DNA from: Cyanophora paradoxa CCMP329
Lineage: Eukaryota; Plantae; Glaucophyta
Assembly (NCBI GenBank): GCA_004431415.1
Contig: QPMI01000549.1
Location: 1-64,000 of the forward strand
Length of the DNA stretch: 64,000 bases
Reading direction: 5' to 3'
The first letter of the stretch is position 1. The number at the start of each line of letters is the position of its first letter. The notes under the pieces are model-generated. The model worked only from the letters and a program-made list of their open reading frames with translations, did no database searches and was not told the origin of the DNA. A program made the translations under genes and the position numbers. Below are positions 12,179 through 25,205 of this stretch, one piece after another.

Positions 12179-13140
12179 ACTCGGCAAGACCTAGCCTGAG
12201 CTTGAGCCGCCTGTGCTGTTATCTACACGAGCATGAGCTGACATCATAGGTACTCTGACAAATCCGTGCACCAGATCGAGCCAATCAACACAACTTTGAA
12301 ATATGTCGCCTCGCTGTTCTCCATTCGTTTCCACGAACAAGTCCCGCAGCGCTTGCAAGGCTTGAGGTGGGGGCAAGTTGATGAGAACGCCCTCTACGTA
12401 GTGCAGCATGGGGTCCAAAGCTGCACAACATATGAGAGATGCAGCAGTTAGGCCTCCGGGCTCGTGCACCAACATCGTGGCGGCGGTGTACACTGGGTCC
12501 GGGGCCGGGGGAGGGGCAGGGCCGGGGGAGGGGCAGGGCCGGGGGAGGGGCAGGGCCGGGGGGAGGGCGGGGTCGGGGGGAGATGGAGGGGCGGGGCCCG
12601 GGGGATGGGCGGGGTCGGGGGGAGGGGCGGGGCCGGGGGGAGGGGCGGGGTCGGGGGGAGATGGAGGGGCGGGGCCCGGGGGATGGGCGGGGTCGGGGGG
12701 AGGGGCGGGGCCGGGGGGAGGGGCGGGCAGTACCCCTCTCCCCCGCGTCGCACCGGCCCCCGCCGCGCCGGTCAGCGTGGGGACAAGCTCAAGGCTGGAG
12801 CGAGCGCCGCCGCTTGCCGTGCTGCCCCCGAGGCCGCCCCCGAGGCCACCACCCGCCGTGCGGCCCGCCAGAAGGGGATTGGGAGATGAGCTGGAGGTCC
12901 ACTCCATCTCTTCCTCCCCAAAGAGAGTGCTCCTGGGGTCGACATGCTGCGGAGTCGGGCATAAGACACCGAAAAGCAGCGATCGCTTGGCCAATGAGAA
13001 GGCGGTGGACGTCAAGCCCGCGGCGACCGTTAGAACTGAGAACCCAGAAGCGATCGCCGGCCCAGCAGCTCTTTGTTAGAGGTCGGACTCGCTGGGTATG
13101 GCGCCGAACACAAAGCGATCGCCGAGCAATGAGAAGGCTC

Positions 13141-13441
13141 TATGCGCGGGGCAGATCTAGCGATCCAATTGAATAGGAATCTCTATGCGAGCAAGCTCGC
13201 AGCGCTACGGGAGGCGGGCACGCACTGCAGGCGTTGGCGTTGGCTGGTGCGACGAACTTGAAGCAGCTCCTGTGCAAGCGATCGCCGGTCTATGCGCGGG
13301 GCAGATCTAGCGATCCAATTGAATAGGGAATCTCTATGCGAGCAAGCTCGCAGCGCTACGGGAGGCGGGCACGCACTGCAGGCGTTGGCGTTGGCTGGTG
13401 CGACGAACTTGAAGCAGCTCCTGTGCAAGCGATCGCCGGTC
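13141..13441. repeat. 151-bp tandem repeat, 2 units (duplicated copy)
   Basis: Same unit starts at 13141 and 13291. Confidence 0.95.
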
Positions 13442-14880
13442 TTCATTTGGGGCTAGCACATGTACATGTACAGGACAATTCAAGTGGCTCGAATTCAGTG
13501 ATTCATGACTATTTCGCCACCAAGTCGATTTTTTTATTTGGACCGGCCGGGTCGCTGGCGCCAATGGCAAGCCGCCGGCCCGGCGCCGGGCCGGCGCCGG
13601 CCTGGCGCCAAGCCGTTGAAGCCGTCCGGGGGCTCCGGGCCCGCGGCCGCGGGCCCCGGCCCCCGGGGGCGATCGCTATCCGCGGCCGGCGCCGCTAGTA
13701 CTAGTGGCCGCGCGCCGCGGCGCGGCCGCATGGCATGAAAAAATTTGCTCGGATCATCGGATAGGTCCGGCCGCGGCCAGCTGCAGGCAGGGAGGGGGTT
13801 AACGTTGCCCTCCTCCCCGGCCCACGCGCTGGCGCGGCCGCATGGCATGTTAGCCGGCGCATGTTACATTGCGCAGGCAAGATTAAGCAAGACCACAAGA
13901 CTAATTATAAGCAAGACTAAGCCGGGCCGGCATGCGCAGCCGGCGAGGGCCGCATGCGCAGCTGCGCATGCAGGGGCGGCCGGCCGCGGGCTACTAGTAC
14001 GTATACTAGTACTACGTATACCTAGCTATAGCCTGGCAGGGCTACCGGTAGTGCCTAGCTATAACAAAGTACCGGTATACGTATAGCCTGGCCGCGCGCG
14101 CGGCCAGATGTAAGCTATTGCTTAATCAAGCGCTAGCCCGGCGGCCGGGCGGCGGGCGCCAAGCCATTCATGTCACTTGACATTTCAAGCTAGGGGCTCG
14201 TGCTGAAAAACAAGTTTTTTCGATTCATGAATTTGTAACGCTCGCGATTATCAAATCAATCCGAGTCAATCGCACTGCCGCAGTAGTACGCGGCAGCCTC
14301 AGCCGGCAGGCGCCGGCAGCACGGCTGCAGGCTGCAGCCTGCAGGGCCAGTGTGCAGGCACTGCCGCAGTGCAGGGCCTGCAGCTGCAGGCTGCAGGCTG
14401 CAGCGGCAGTACATTACTGTACATGCAGCCTGCAGCCTGCATGCGCAATGCGCATATGATGTACATAACTCTGCGGCGTACGCGTGAGGCTCAGCTTGGC
14501 AGTGCAATGCTCTGCAAGTTTGCAACCAGGCTCAACGGCTCGGGCCGCTCGCCGAGTCGGCTCAGAAATTTTGTTTCGCATTGCAGGAGTCGGCGCAGCT
14601 TAGCGGCAGCCCCTAGTACGTACTAGTACTTGTAGCTGCATCCGCGCAGGGCCGATCGCGACCTTCGGCAAGTCGACGGCAACCTTAAGTTTCGGATTCG
14701 CACCGGCGCAGCGACACGGACATTCGAGCTTCGGAAGTGCGCTCCGCGATCCGCAGATCCGGTGCCCCGCATCCCCTCCGCAAGGCTTGCGAGTCGGAAC
14801 GCGCGAAGCAGCAGCTTGCGGTTGCAGCCTGAGCTTGGAACTAAGCATGCGGGCCCATCTTCTTCCTCGGTCGGGGCGGG

Positions 14881-17194
14881 ATGCCCGCGGCAGCCCTCGG
14901 GGCGCTCCTCCTCCTGCTCGGCCTCGCGCGCGCATGTCGGCCACGTCGCCCTCGCCGACTCCTTCACTGTCACGTGCGCAAGCGCCTGCCGCCTGCGCGG
15001 TCACATATACTGCGAAAGGCTACATGCACACGCGGCGCGTATAACCGGTTGAAGCGGATGCGTCGAGTTCGTCGAGAGAGTCAGAATGCATATGCAAATG
15101 GCTTAGATCCAGGTCTGATTCCTTGATGCGCAGCCTCTACAGGCACGAAGGTAATGCGAGCAACTGCGACGCGGCCAAGGCGGTCACTCCGGCCGACGCA
15201 TCTTCGCTTGGGCTCTCCACGGGGTGAGCTCCATGGCCAGCGTCTCAAAATTCACTTGCCCCTCATGCGGATATCCGATGATCGAATTCGAGCGCAGCCC
15301 TATACCGTCGACGTTACGGCACTCTCGTGCTACAAGCTCACAGACTCGGCTCACGCGAAGTCAATCCTGGTGCGTTTCGGAGCCTTCAGATTCGAATTCG
15401 GCTTGATTATATATATGCGAGCTCTCCATGCAATGATAATTTATGCACTCAAGCTTCAAATTCCACAAAACAGATCAAAGACGCCAGCGGGGCCAAAGTG
15501 AACCAGAAGACTTATGACACCGTCACGAAACTTTTCTTCGGTGAATACGGGGAGGATTCAGGGGTCGGCGCGAAGGCGATCAAGGCGCGCTTCTGCTATT
15601 CTTCTGTGCCCGTGCACGTGTTTACGCCACTGAGCCACACATTGCTTTGCATTATTGTTGCAGGGCTTTTGCTATGGAGACCAGCTGTTCGCCGTCGGAT
15701 ATTACGGCGACTTCGGAGAAGGGAAAGAGTGCTCGTCTGTCAGCTCGGTGCTCACCGTAGGGGTTCTTTCAGGCGACGAAGACCCGCTCTTAAGGTGCGG
15801 AGACTGCAGTTATAAACTTTTGATAAAGAGAGCCGTAGCTGCCCTCTGCTCAGATACGGGGGCTCCTCCCATTGTGAGCGCCTGAACAAGGCCGAGCTGT
15901 ACGGTGGACAGGCGCTGAGTTACAAGCTGGCGTGCACAACCGCCACTCTGAAGACGTCCCCGGGGGCTTCCGGATCCGTCGAGTACACGTGCGAATAATT
16001 TAAATGATTCGCAGTTGGTATACGTAGGTCTGAAGCTTTTTATCTGCTTCTGTACATGTGCAGAGTGACTCGAAGAAAGAGCGGGGAGACCGGGAGCGGT
16101 TGTTCCGACACTTCAATTGTCATGCCGCCTGAAGACGCAAGCAAGTTTGGCGTCCCTCTCTCTGTGCGCCCCATGTACAGCTTTAGGAAACTTGCACTAA
16201 CGCAAACATTGTTTTTAGCCGTGGTATCTTCCGTTTACCTCGGACACTTGTGTCAAGCAGCCGCGGACCTCGGCAAAAGCGGTACGCGCATTTTTTTCGT
16301 GATCAAAATTAAATCACTTCAACGTCATCTGTAAACTTGCAATTGCGCTCGCCCAGGTCCGGGACTCGACTGGCGCCGTGCACGATCTGACAACTGTCCT
16401 CTTCCCTACCATAAGGCCCGAGTCGGAGGTCCCGGATTCTTATCAAAAGGTGCAATGCGGCGCCGGCGCATTATTAATGTCCTGTGTCGCTCTAGATCTA
16501 GATCTAGATTTGTTTAATTTCGAATTCCTTGTTCGCGCAGAGTTTCTGCGCCGGCGATGCCTACATCACTATGACTTTCACAGACGCGGCCTGCACTGAT
16601 ATTTCACGTGGACCTGCTCCGTATGGTAGAGCCGCACCCTGGCCGATGGCTGGCATGTGAGTCGAATCGTCGCAATCGCAACGTTTCATCGATATACCGT
16701 ATGTATAATTCGATTTTGTGCTTAGGTCGGGCGGCCCGGGCGACTGTCGTCCCTAGGGTTCAGGGCCAAAGAATTCACGGATGCAACCGACGGGAAGAGC
16801 GTGGCGCTGCACGGCAAGGCCGTCTGCAAGATCGTGGGCGCCGGCCCCGGGTCCGCGGCCGGGCCCTCGGGCTCCTCGAACTCGACCGAGAGCTCCTCGA
16901 GCTCCGGCCTCTCCGACTCCGCCAAGCTCGGCATCGGCCTGGGCGTCGGCCTGGGCGGGTGCGCCCTGGGCCCGCCCTCTAATATACATGAACGCGCTTG
17001 CACGAAATATGAAGATCTAAATTTCATCTCGAGCCTGTCGCGCATCCTTTAATTTGGCGGGACGCAGGGGCGCTCTCCTCATCCTCGCCGGCGTCGGGGC
17101 CTACTGCCTGGCCAAAAAGAAGCGCGAGCCGCGCCTCAGCTCCAAGCCCCACGGCGGCTCCGCCGTCCCCCCGCCCACTTCCCCCACCCTGTAG
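14881..17194 (+). CDS. Type I single-pass membrane protein (copy 2, frameshifted as assembled)
   Basis: Duplicate of 6871-9189; its indels fall at different positions from those in copy 1. Confidence 0.65.
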
Positions 17195-17666
17195 GCCTAG
17201 CTTCAGATCCCGCCGCGGCAAGCTTAAGGTACCGGTGCTATAGCCGTATACGTGCAGTATACGTAGGTGCCACGCCCTGACCCTGCCAACGCTAGCTAAG
17301 GTTGGAAATTAAAAGCAGATGCTAGAGCAGCCTATCGCTATAAATATTGTTCGAATTCGATCCGATGATCAGCGAGGAGCAGCTCCTCGGCCCCCATTGA
17401 CTCAGTGATATCGGTCACGCATATGCATATAAACGTTGATGTGTGCAATGTTTCATCGATGGACAGATCTAGAATTGTCATCTATGGGTTCTCACTAAGC
17501 CGCTGAGCAAGAATTACACTGTGACACGACTATACACTGAGAAGATTTAGACTCCCGAGTAAGAAAGAAAGATAAACAAGAATAAATTACGCATACGCAT
17601 CCAAATACAACAATGAACGATGCCGAGCGGTGCCACGACCAGCTGCGGATCTATTCTATAGTACAA

Positions 17667-20600
17667 TTAATTAGAAGCCTCCCGCGCGGACAGACCGGCG
17701 CGGGCAGCGGCGCACGCCGCGTGCGCGTGCCACGGGCGCGCGCACGCGTGCACGCGCGGCTGGCCATGGCCTGCGTTCGGGCCGGCCCCGCGGGGCGCGA
17801 AGGGCGGGGCGGCGGGGTTGAGGGGCCGGCGCGCTGCGGCGCTGGCGGCGGCGGCGTGCTGCCGCAGGGCCGCTGCAATCGCCTCTGAAGAGAAGGGCAC
17901 CTGCGGGGCGGAGTCAGGCGGGCCAGAAAGGGGTACGGCGGGATTCAGGGGGGCGCGCCTTGAGCTTCTTGGGGCGCGGGGAGCGCGGGGCGCGGGGGCC
18001 GGCGGGGCGGCGGCGGCGGCGGCGGCGTCGGCTTGGGCGGCGGCGGCCCTCGCTTCGAGCCCGAAGGCCTCGCAGAGGCCGGCGAGCGCCCCGGCCGCGA
18101 GCGCCCCGGCGGCCTCCGCCGGCGTCGGGAAGACCAGCAGCGCCCTGCGAACGAAGGGCGAGGCGAGGGTGAGGGGCGCACAGCTCCGAGGGGTCCGAGG
18201 GGGAGGCCGGGGGCACCTCGAGGACTCGAGGACGAAGCGGCGGATGCCGGGCGGGGGCAGCTGCGCCAGCGCCGCCGCCAGCGCCGCCGCCTCCACGCCG
18301 CCGCCGCCGCCGGCCCCGGCCCGGCCCCGGCCCCGGCCCGCGCCTCGAGAAGCACGCCGCACGCGCCCGCCCTCGCCACCGCCTCCTGCCGCGCCGCGCG
18401 CCCCGTCAGCTCGGCCCCGCCGCTCGGCCAGCGCCCCCGCGCGCGCCGAGGAAGGAGCGCACTTCGAAGTCGCAGGGCCCGGCGCGCTGCTCCCGCGCGG
18501 CGGGCGCCGGCGGCGCCGGCGGCTCCGCGGCCGCCTCCGCGGCGGCCTCCTCCCCGCCGGGCCGGGGGGCGTGCCCGGGCGGCCCCGGGGCTGCTTGGCG
18601 GGGTACAGGGCGGAGAGGGGCACGCCGGCGGCGACGCAGGCCGCCTCCACGTCGCCCCGCGCCTCGGCCCCCGCCTCCAGCGCCTGGTGGGCGGGCGGGC
18701 GGCGGGTTCTCGTCAGCGCGGGGGGCGGGGCGGCTCGGTCGGGCCGGCGCGCACGCACCGCGCGTGCAAGCTCGAGGAGACGCCTGCGGCAGGCGGCGGC
18801 CTCGGCGGCCGCCGCGGGCACGCTCGAGAGCGGCGCGAGGCCGGCGACGGCCGCCGCGAGGGCCCCGCGGTCGGCCCCGGCCCGCGCCTCCCGCCCGCGG
18901 GAGAGCAGCGGCTCCAGCGCTCCCGCGAGCGCCTGCGCGAGATCCGTCTCGGCCGAGGGCGAGGCGGGGCACGGGCGCCGTGGCGCGCGCACCCGCTCCG
19001 CCTCTGCCGTGTCGAGCTCCGCGTCGGCGCCGGCGGCGCGGGCGGCGGCGAGGGCGGCCCAGAGGCTGGCGGGGCAGGCGGCGGCGCGCGCCTCGCGCAG
19101 GGCGGCCGCGAGGGCGCAGCGCGCGCGCAGCCGCGCCAGGCGGGCGGGGTCCGGGTCCGGCAGGAGCTCCCCGAAAGCCCCTCGAGCCGGGCGCCGTCCC
19201 CGGCCCGCGCCGCCGCCTCCGCCTCCGCCCACGCCCGGGCCTGGCGTGGCCCGGTCAAGCGAGCGCGGGGAGGGGGAGGGAAGGGGCCGCGGCGCACCGC
19301 TTCGGCGGCCCGCGCTCGCTCCGCGGCGGCCGCCTCGAGCTCAGCTTCTTTGGCCCCCGCCTCCCGCGCCCCGCGCAGCGCCGCCTGAAGCCAAGGGCGC
19401 GTTTGAGAGGACTCGCGAGTGGCGGGGCGGGGCAGGCGGCGCCGGACCTCGAAGCGACGGTCGGCGGCCGGGTCGAGAGGCGCCTGGCTCGCGGCCTCGC
19501 GGACCGCGCGCAGCGCGGCCTGCAGAGGGGTCGGAGGTGAGGCGAGCGGGGCGGCGAGGGGGTACGGGGCGGGGACCTGGAGCCGCCGGAGGGAGGCGAG
19601 GGCGGCCGGGGCGTCCCCCACCGGGCCCCCGCCTGCGCTCCCCGAAGTCAGCCGCGCGCAGGGCCGCGGGCCCGGCCCGGCCCGGCGCGGGCGGGGGGCG
19701 GGCCTGGCGGGCGGCGGCGAGGGCCGGCTCGACTCGGTCCGGGTCCCCGCTCGCCAGCGCGGCCCGCAGCGCGCGCTCCGCCGAGTCCTGCCGGCGCGAG
19801 GCTCTGCGGCCGGCGCCAGCAACGGGACGGAGCCGCGCGCACCCGCCGGCGCTGCGCAAGGGCCCGCTTTCGCTCCTCCCGCTGCTGCTCGGACGCCTCG
19901 CGCGCCTGGGCCTGCCCCTCCCCTCGGTCACGTGGGGAGCGGTGGCTGGACGGCCGAGGGGCGTACCCGGCAGGTCTCGCAGGCCCCGGGCGCCTCGGGG
20001 CACGTGCCGGAGGGTCCCGGCAGCGGCCCGCACTCCGCGCCGGCGCCGGCCGGCTCCACGTCGACGGCCTGTCCGAGGCAAGGCGGGGCGGCACGAGTCA
20101 GCCGCTGCGTCTTACACGGGCCGCTGGGCGCCGGGCGGGCGCACGCGGGGGCCCCAGAGGCGGGCGAGGTCGTCCGCCAGCGCCGCGATCGCCACGCCGT
20201 CCCCGGCTGCCCCCTGCCGCGAGGTCAGCGAGAGGCGGAGGAGGAGGAGGAGGGGGAGGAGGAGGGGGAGGGGGGCGCACGGAGGCGGCGGCCGCGGAGC
20301 GGAGGCGGCGGAGGCAGAAGTCGAGGACGGGCCTCCGGACCGCGGCGCCGCAGCCGGCCTCCATCGCCAGCCGCTCGCACAGGCCCCGCACGCACCGCAC
20401 CGCCTGCCCGGCCGTCAGGAGGCGCGCACGAGGCTGGACGGGTGCAGAGCGGGGGCGCGCGTCGCGGGTTTTGCCGTTGAGGGGCGTCTCGAGGCAGAGG
20501 CGGGGCGCGTTCGCGAGGGCCAGCTCCGGGAGCGTGCGAGCCGCCCCGTCCATCTGCGGACCCGGGCGGATCGAATCAGGAAAGGTTCAAGGCCTAGGCC

Positions 20601-22703
20601 CCGGGGCGGGCGCCCGGCGCACGGAGTGGAGCGGGGAGACGGGCCCGGCCTCCGCGCAGAGGCTGCGCGGAGTTCGCGCCCCGCTCAGCGAAGACTGCGG
20701 AGGGAGGAAGCGAGGAGGGGCGCAGGCGCACGAGGCGCCGGCGGCGAGGAGCGCGTCGACGACCTCGAAGCAGGAGCCCCAGCACGCCGCCTGCGCACGC
20801 CGCCGGGCCCCCAAGTCAGAGGGGCAGGGCCGGTCGGATCTAGAGGTCAGAGAAGCGGGTGCCTGCTGGAGCGGGGTGCAGCCGTAGCCGTTGCGGCGCT
20901 CGAGGTCGGGGCGGCGGGCGAGGAGGGCGGCGAGCGGGCGGGCGTCGCCGTAGGCGTCGCAGAGGCGGCACGCGAGGTCCAGCGCCGAGAGGCCCCCGTC
21001 CCTGCCCCCGCGGAGTCGGATTTCAGAGCCTTGAGAGCGAGCGGCGGCGGCGCGGGGGCCGCAGTAGGCCCCCGTCCCTGCCCCGGCGGGGTTACTAGCT
21101 GAAGCAGCGACATGTTACTAAGAGCCTTCGGCTTGACCATTTAGAGCCTTAAGAACGAGCGGCGGTAAGGACGAGGGTTGGGAGCCTTGAGAGCGAGCGG
21201 GGGCGGCGCGGGGGCCGGGCGCACGGGTCGGCGAGGACGGGGTCGATGCCGGCGTCCAGCGCCGCCTCGACCGCCTCCAGCGCCCGCCGCGAGGCCGGCC
21301 CCCGCGCGTGCTCCGGGATGAGCTGGCGGTGCGCGTTCGTTCGCCGAGGGTTCGAGGGGAGGGGTACGCGGCGCACGTGGACGGAGGCCTCGAAGACGCC
21401 GAGGAGCTGGGAGAGGGGCGGGACACGGCGCCCGCAGCCGCAGGCGAGGCCGCAGGTGCAGACGGGGCCGCTCCAGTCGGCGGGGCCGGCGGCGTACGAC
21501 GAGGCGTAGGCGGCCAGGGTCGCCCGCACGAGCGCCGGCGAGCCCGAGGCGATGGCCCCCGCCAGCGGGCCCCCGCTCAGCGGCGACCTGCGCGGCGGGC
21601 GCGTAAGGGGAGCAAAGAGATAGGGGGTACACGGGGGGCGCGCCCGCCGGCGAAGCCGTTGCAGACGGAGAGGCACGTGGTGAGGACGCGGGCGCGGGGT
21701 ACAGAGATGGACAGGGGCCGCCCCGCGCCGCCCAGGAGGACGGAGACCAGCCGGGCCCGCCGCTCCTCCGACTCGGCCAGCGCGGCCCTGCGGGAGAGGC
21801 GGCGCAGGTCAGGAGGGCGGCGCTGCGGGCGCGGGCTCCGGGGGCCGCGCGATTGCACCAGAAGCTGCGGGGGTGGTCGCGGGCGGCGCCCCAGAAGCCG
21901 CGCTCGGTGCAGTAGGTCGCGGCGACGGGCCCGTGCGCCGAGTAGAAGTACGCGAGCTCGACGGGGCTCATCCGCACGCGCCGCCCGCAGCAGGGGCCCA
22001 CGTCGGGGTCGACGGGCGGCCCCGGGCGCGCGGGGTCGGCCCCCGCGGCGAGGAGCAGGGCGACGATGCGGAGGAGCCGGGGCAGGTCCCGGTCCAGCGA
22101 GGCGGCGTCAAGGCCGCAGTACGCCGGCGCGTGCTGCTTCACCAGCGACGGCGCGCCGGCCGCCGCCGCCTGCCGCGCGCGGCCGGGCGTCAGAGGTGCC
22201 GGCTCGGAGCCGCGGGCGGGCCGGGCCCGCGCGCGCGGGCACCTGCCGGCGGGCGGAGGCCTTGCGGGGGGCGCCCTCCGCGTTCGCCGCGAGGCTGGCC
22301 CAGAGGCCGCCGTACGCCTGGTCCACGAAGCGACGGACCGCGAGCCTGCGCGTGCGCAGCGAACGGCGGGCGCTGAGCGCGCGCGGCCGCCGGATCCGGC
22401 CCCATTCGAATCCGCGCACCAGAGCGGCGTGCAAGTGTAGCGGTCCGCGGAGGGATCGCCGAGCGCGGGGCCGTAGAGCGAGAGCCCCGTGTACGGCTTC
22501 ACGTCGTGCACCTCGTCGGCGAGCTGCGGGCTCGTGCGGAGGAACTCCTCGACGTACGCGTCGTCGGCCCGGAGGATGGCGGCGAGGAGCGAGGAGCGCG
22601 TCCATGTCTTCGAGCAGGCCGGCTCACACGCGCCGCCCAGGCGCTGCGGCCGCGCGGCGGCCGCATGGCAGCAGCTCGAGCACGCGGGAGCGGCGGGCGC
22701 CAT
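17667..22703 (-). CDS. Large multi-exon ankyrin-repeat protein with Ala-rich helical C-terminal half (3' end approximate)
   Basis: Ankyrin-like segments SSLLAAILRADDAYVEEFL, IVALLLAAGADP, GLSALDLACRLCD..PLAALLARRPDLERRNGYGCTPLQQ|AACWGSCFEVVDALLAAGAS (about 21000-20730). Candidate ATG at 22703 (MAPAAPAC). Confidence 0.6.
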
Positions 22704-23257
22704 CGAGCGGTGCGAATGCGCTCGCTGGAGCGGAGGCGATGGCTGGGTATCGCACGCATGATGGGCTGCGGTCCTGCGGATCGTCGATCCTTTCCGAAGC
22801 GGCTGTACCCCGCCAGCGCGGGTGCTTCTGCGAGCCTGCGCAGCTGCAGCTCTAGCTAAGCTCGAGCTCGGGGCATCTTCTCGGCTAGCTTCATGCACGC
22901 CTCTGCAGCTGACTTGCCTGCCCCAGAGCCGACGTCGACGTCCTTTTCGGCTTAGCGGCCCCGGCGGCGGCGGCGGGGCCGGCGCTCCGGATCCCTCGAG
23001 CTCCCTCGCCCTCGCCGAGTCGAGCCGCTGATCATGAGCTTCATTCAGGGCTCGAGCTCGACCAATAGCGAGGAAACGTTAACGCTGATCGTGCGCATGC
23101 GCAAGCTCACAGCAGATTAATCGATATCAGAGAAATTCTTTAGCTACGGCTATCAGAACAGACCGCTGTCATAGTATGTTACATTTAATTATCTGTAGAA
23201 TCCGAAGGCGCCGGACACGCAACCGCGCCGGTACTATCGATCTTTAAGCGCGCCGGC

Positions 23258-24908
23258 TTACGCGCAGCCAGCGGCGACGGGCATGGCGGAGGATCGCCGC
23301 ACGCCGGCCGCCGAGACCCTTCGGGCGCCTGCCGCCAGAGCGCCCGCCGTGGCCCGCCGCGCGCCCTTCGCCGCCGTCGCCGCGGATGCCCGTCGCTCGC
23401 CCTTCGCCGCCGTCGCCGCGGATGCCCGCCGCTCGCCCTTCGCCGCCGTCGCCGCGGATGCCCGCCGCTCGCCCTTCGCCGCCGTCGCCGCCGACGCCGC
23501 CGCCGCCGCTGCCGAGGGCCGCCGGGCGCCCTCCGCCTTCGAGCGGAGCCCGCGCGAGCTCCGCCGCCGCGCCGCCGCCGCCGCCAGCAGCGGCTCCTCC
23601 AGCGCGTCGTACCCCTCCCGCGCCTTCGCCGCCGGGGCCCGGGGGCTCAGCGGCTCCAGGAACTCCGCCAGCCGCGCCCCGTACCCCTCGCTCTGGGGTG
23701 GGGGGGGGAGATGGTTCAGCGGGGGTATGCGGCTCGGAAGGCTGTGGGTGCGGCGGCACCTGGTCCTTCAGCAGGGCGACGTGGCGGCCCGTGGCCCAGC
23801 GCGCGACGGAGGCGTCGGCCCCGCGCTCCCTCCGCTCGACGACGAGCGCCTCGACCTAAAAATAGACGCTGAGCGCGGGGGGGGGGTACGCGGAACGTCG
23901 GGGGGGGGGCGGGCCGGGCCGCACCACGTCGCAGTTGCAGAACTCGTCCTGGTCCGAGACGAGGTACAGCTCCCTCCGCCCCGCCTGCGGGGGTACCGCG
24001 CTCAGCCCCGCGCCGCGCAGCGTACCCCGGGGGCAGCGCGGCGCGGCGCGGCACGGCGCGGGGCGCACGGGGGCGGAGCGGAGGTTCCTGAGGTACTGCT
24101 CGCGGCGCCCGTTGAGGAACAGGTCGGCGGCGAGGACGGCGAGCCCCGCCGCCGCCACGAGGTAGGGCACGGGGTTCAGGCCCGCCCCCGCCACCATCGC
24201 CCTGCCCATCGTCGAGAGCAGCAGGTCTGCGCGGGGCTCAGGAGAAGGAGGGCGAGGGAGGGGAGGGGCCCCGCGGACCGCAGGGGGCGCAGTCGAAGAC
24301 GATTGCGGCGATGCGCGGCGCGAGGGACTCGAACGGCTGCGCGGGCGAAAGCGAGTCAGCGCGGCGGTGGGAGAGGGAGGAGCGGGGGAGGGGAGCGCGC
24401 CTGCCCGGGGCGCGTGAGCTCGAGGATCTGCTCGTAGACGAACGTGCCGCCGTTGGAGAGGCAGTGGAAGACGAGCGGGCGGCCCTTCACGTACAGCTCC
24501 TCGCTGAGCGCTCGCAGCACGCTCGCCGCGTACTCCCGCATCAGCCTCCGCGAGGGCCAGACGCTGCGCCGGGGCTCGGCCAGGGCTGGGCGGCTGGCTG
24601 GGGCGGGGCGGGGCGGGGCGGACACGGCGAGCGGCGGCGCGATGGAGAAGGAGCACTCGAAGCCGCGCTCTTGGTACCAAGCCGCGTACTTGCTGAGGTT
24701 CCGCATGCTCGCGCTGCGAGGGGCGCGCGTTCGCTTTGTTGGCTTTGGGCGGCGCAGGCTCCGCGCACCCGAACCAGCCGAAGAGGTGGACGAAGGGCCT
24801 GCTCTCCGAGGGCGTCTCGGCGCACTCGGGTCCGAGCCTCACGTCCATGCCCAGCGCCCGGGCCCGCGAGGCGAAGGAGCGAGACAGGATGAGCGGGCTG
24901 GTCGACAT
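23258..24908 (-). CDS. DUF829/TMEM53-family alpha/beta-hydrolase-fold protein
   Basis: Family motifs in the expected order: VHLFGWFG, LSKYAAWY, LVFHCLSNGG, IVFDCAP, ELYLVSDQDEF, RHVALLK. Stop TAA at 23258; start at 24908 or 24848. Confidence 0.8.
23362..23491 (-). repeat. 36-bp coding tandem repeat (SAATAAKGERRA x ~3.5) in the DUF829 C-terminal tail
   Basis: Units start at 23362, 23398, 23434 and 23470. Confidence 0.85.
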
Positions 24909-25205
24909 CGGTGCGGGCTCGCTGTCGGCAATCTCGCTGCTGAGCACAAGCTATCTGAGAATGGGACCGAGCGCTCGGCTACCGAAGCGGGCGGCATTGC
25001 TGAGCTGGAACCGCGCGCCTTGCCGCGCCGCGCCGCGCGCTCCTCAGCTGCGGCGCGGGCGCGCGCGCAGACCTGCATGGCCCCTTAAGCTTTTCGCGGC
25101 CGCACGGGACCGGCGCGCGATGACAGGAGGGGGGTGAAGCCATCGTTCGCCCTTACCCCTCATTTCGGGCGCAGCGGACTCTCAGTTCGTCGTACCCAGC
25201 GGAGG

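Larger units (their letters stand above)
12176..20183. repeat. ~8.0 kb tandem segmental duplication, copy 2
   Basis: Begins cgcactcggcaagac at 12176 and ends cgtccgccagcgc at 20183; 3-bp microhomology CGC at the junction. Confidence 0.95.

Noticed and set aside
6871-17194. Calling both membrane-protein copies pseudogenes
   Set aside because: The frameshifts are 1-bp indels, many in homopolymers, at different sites in each copy; typical of long-read consensus error.
9815-21102. Very long plus-strand ORFs (794 aa, 1094 aa) and many overlapping Arg/Pro/Ala/Gly ORFs
   Set aside because: Stop-poor shadows of very GC-rich DNA, antisense to a spliced minus-strand gene; no domain content.
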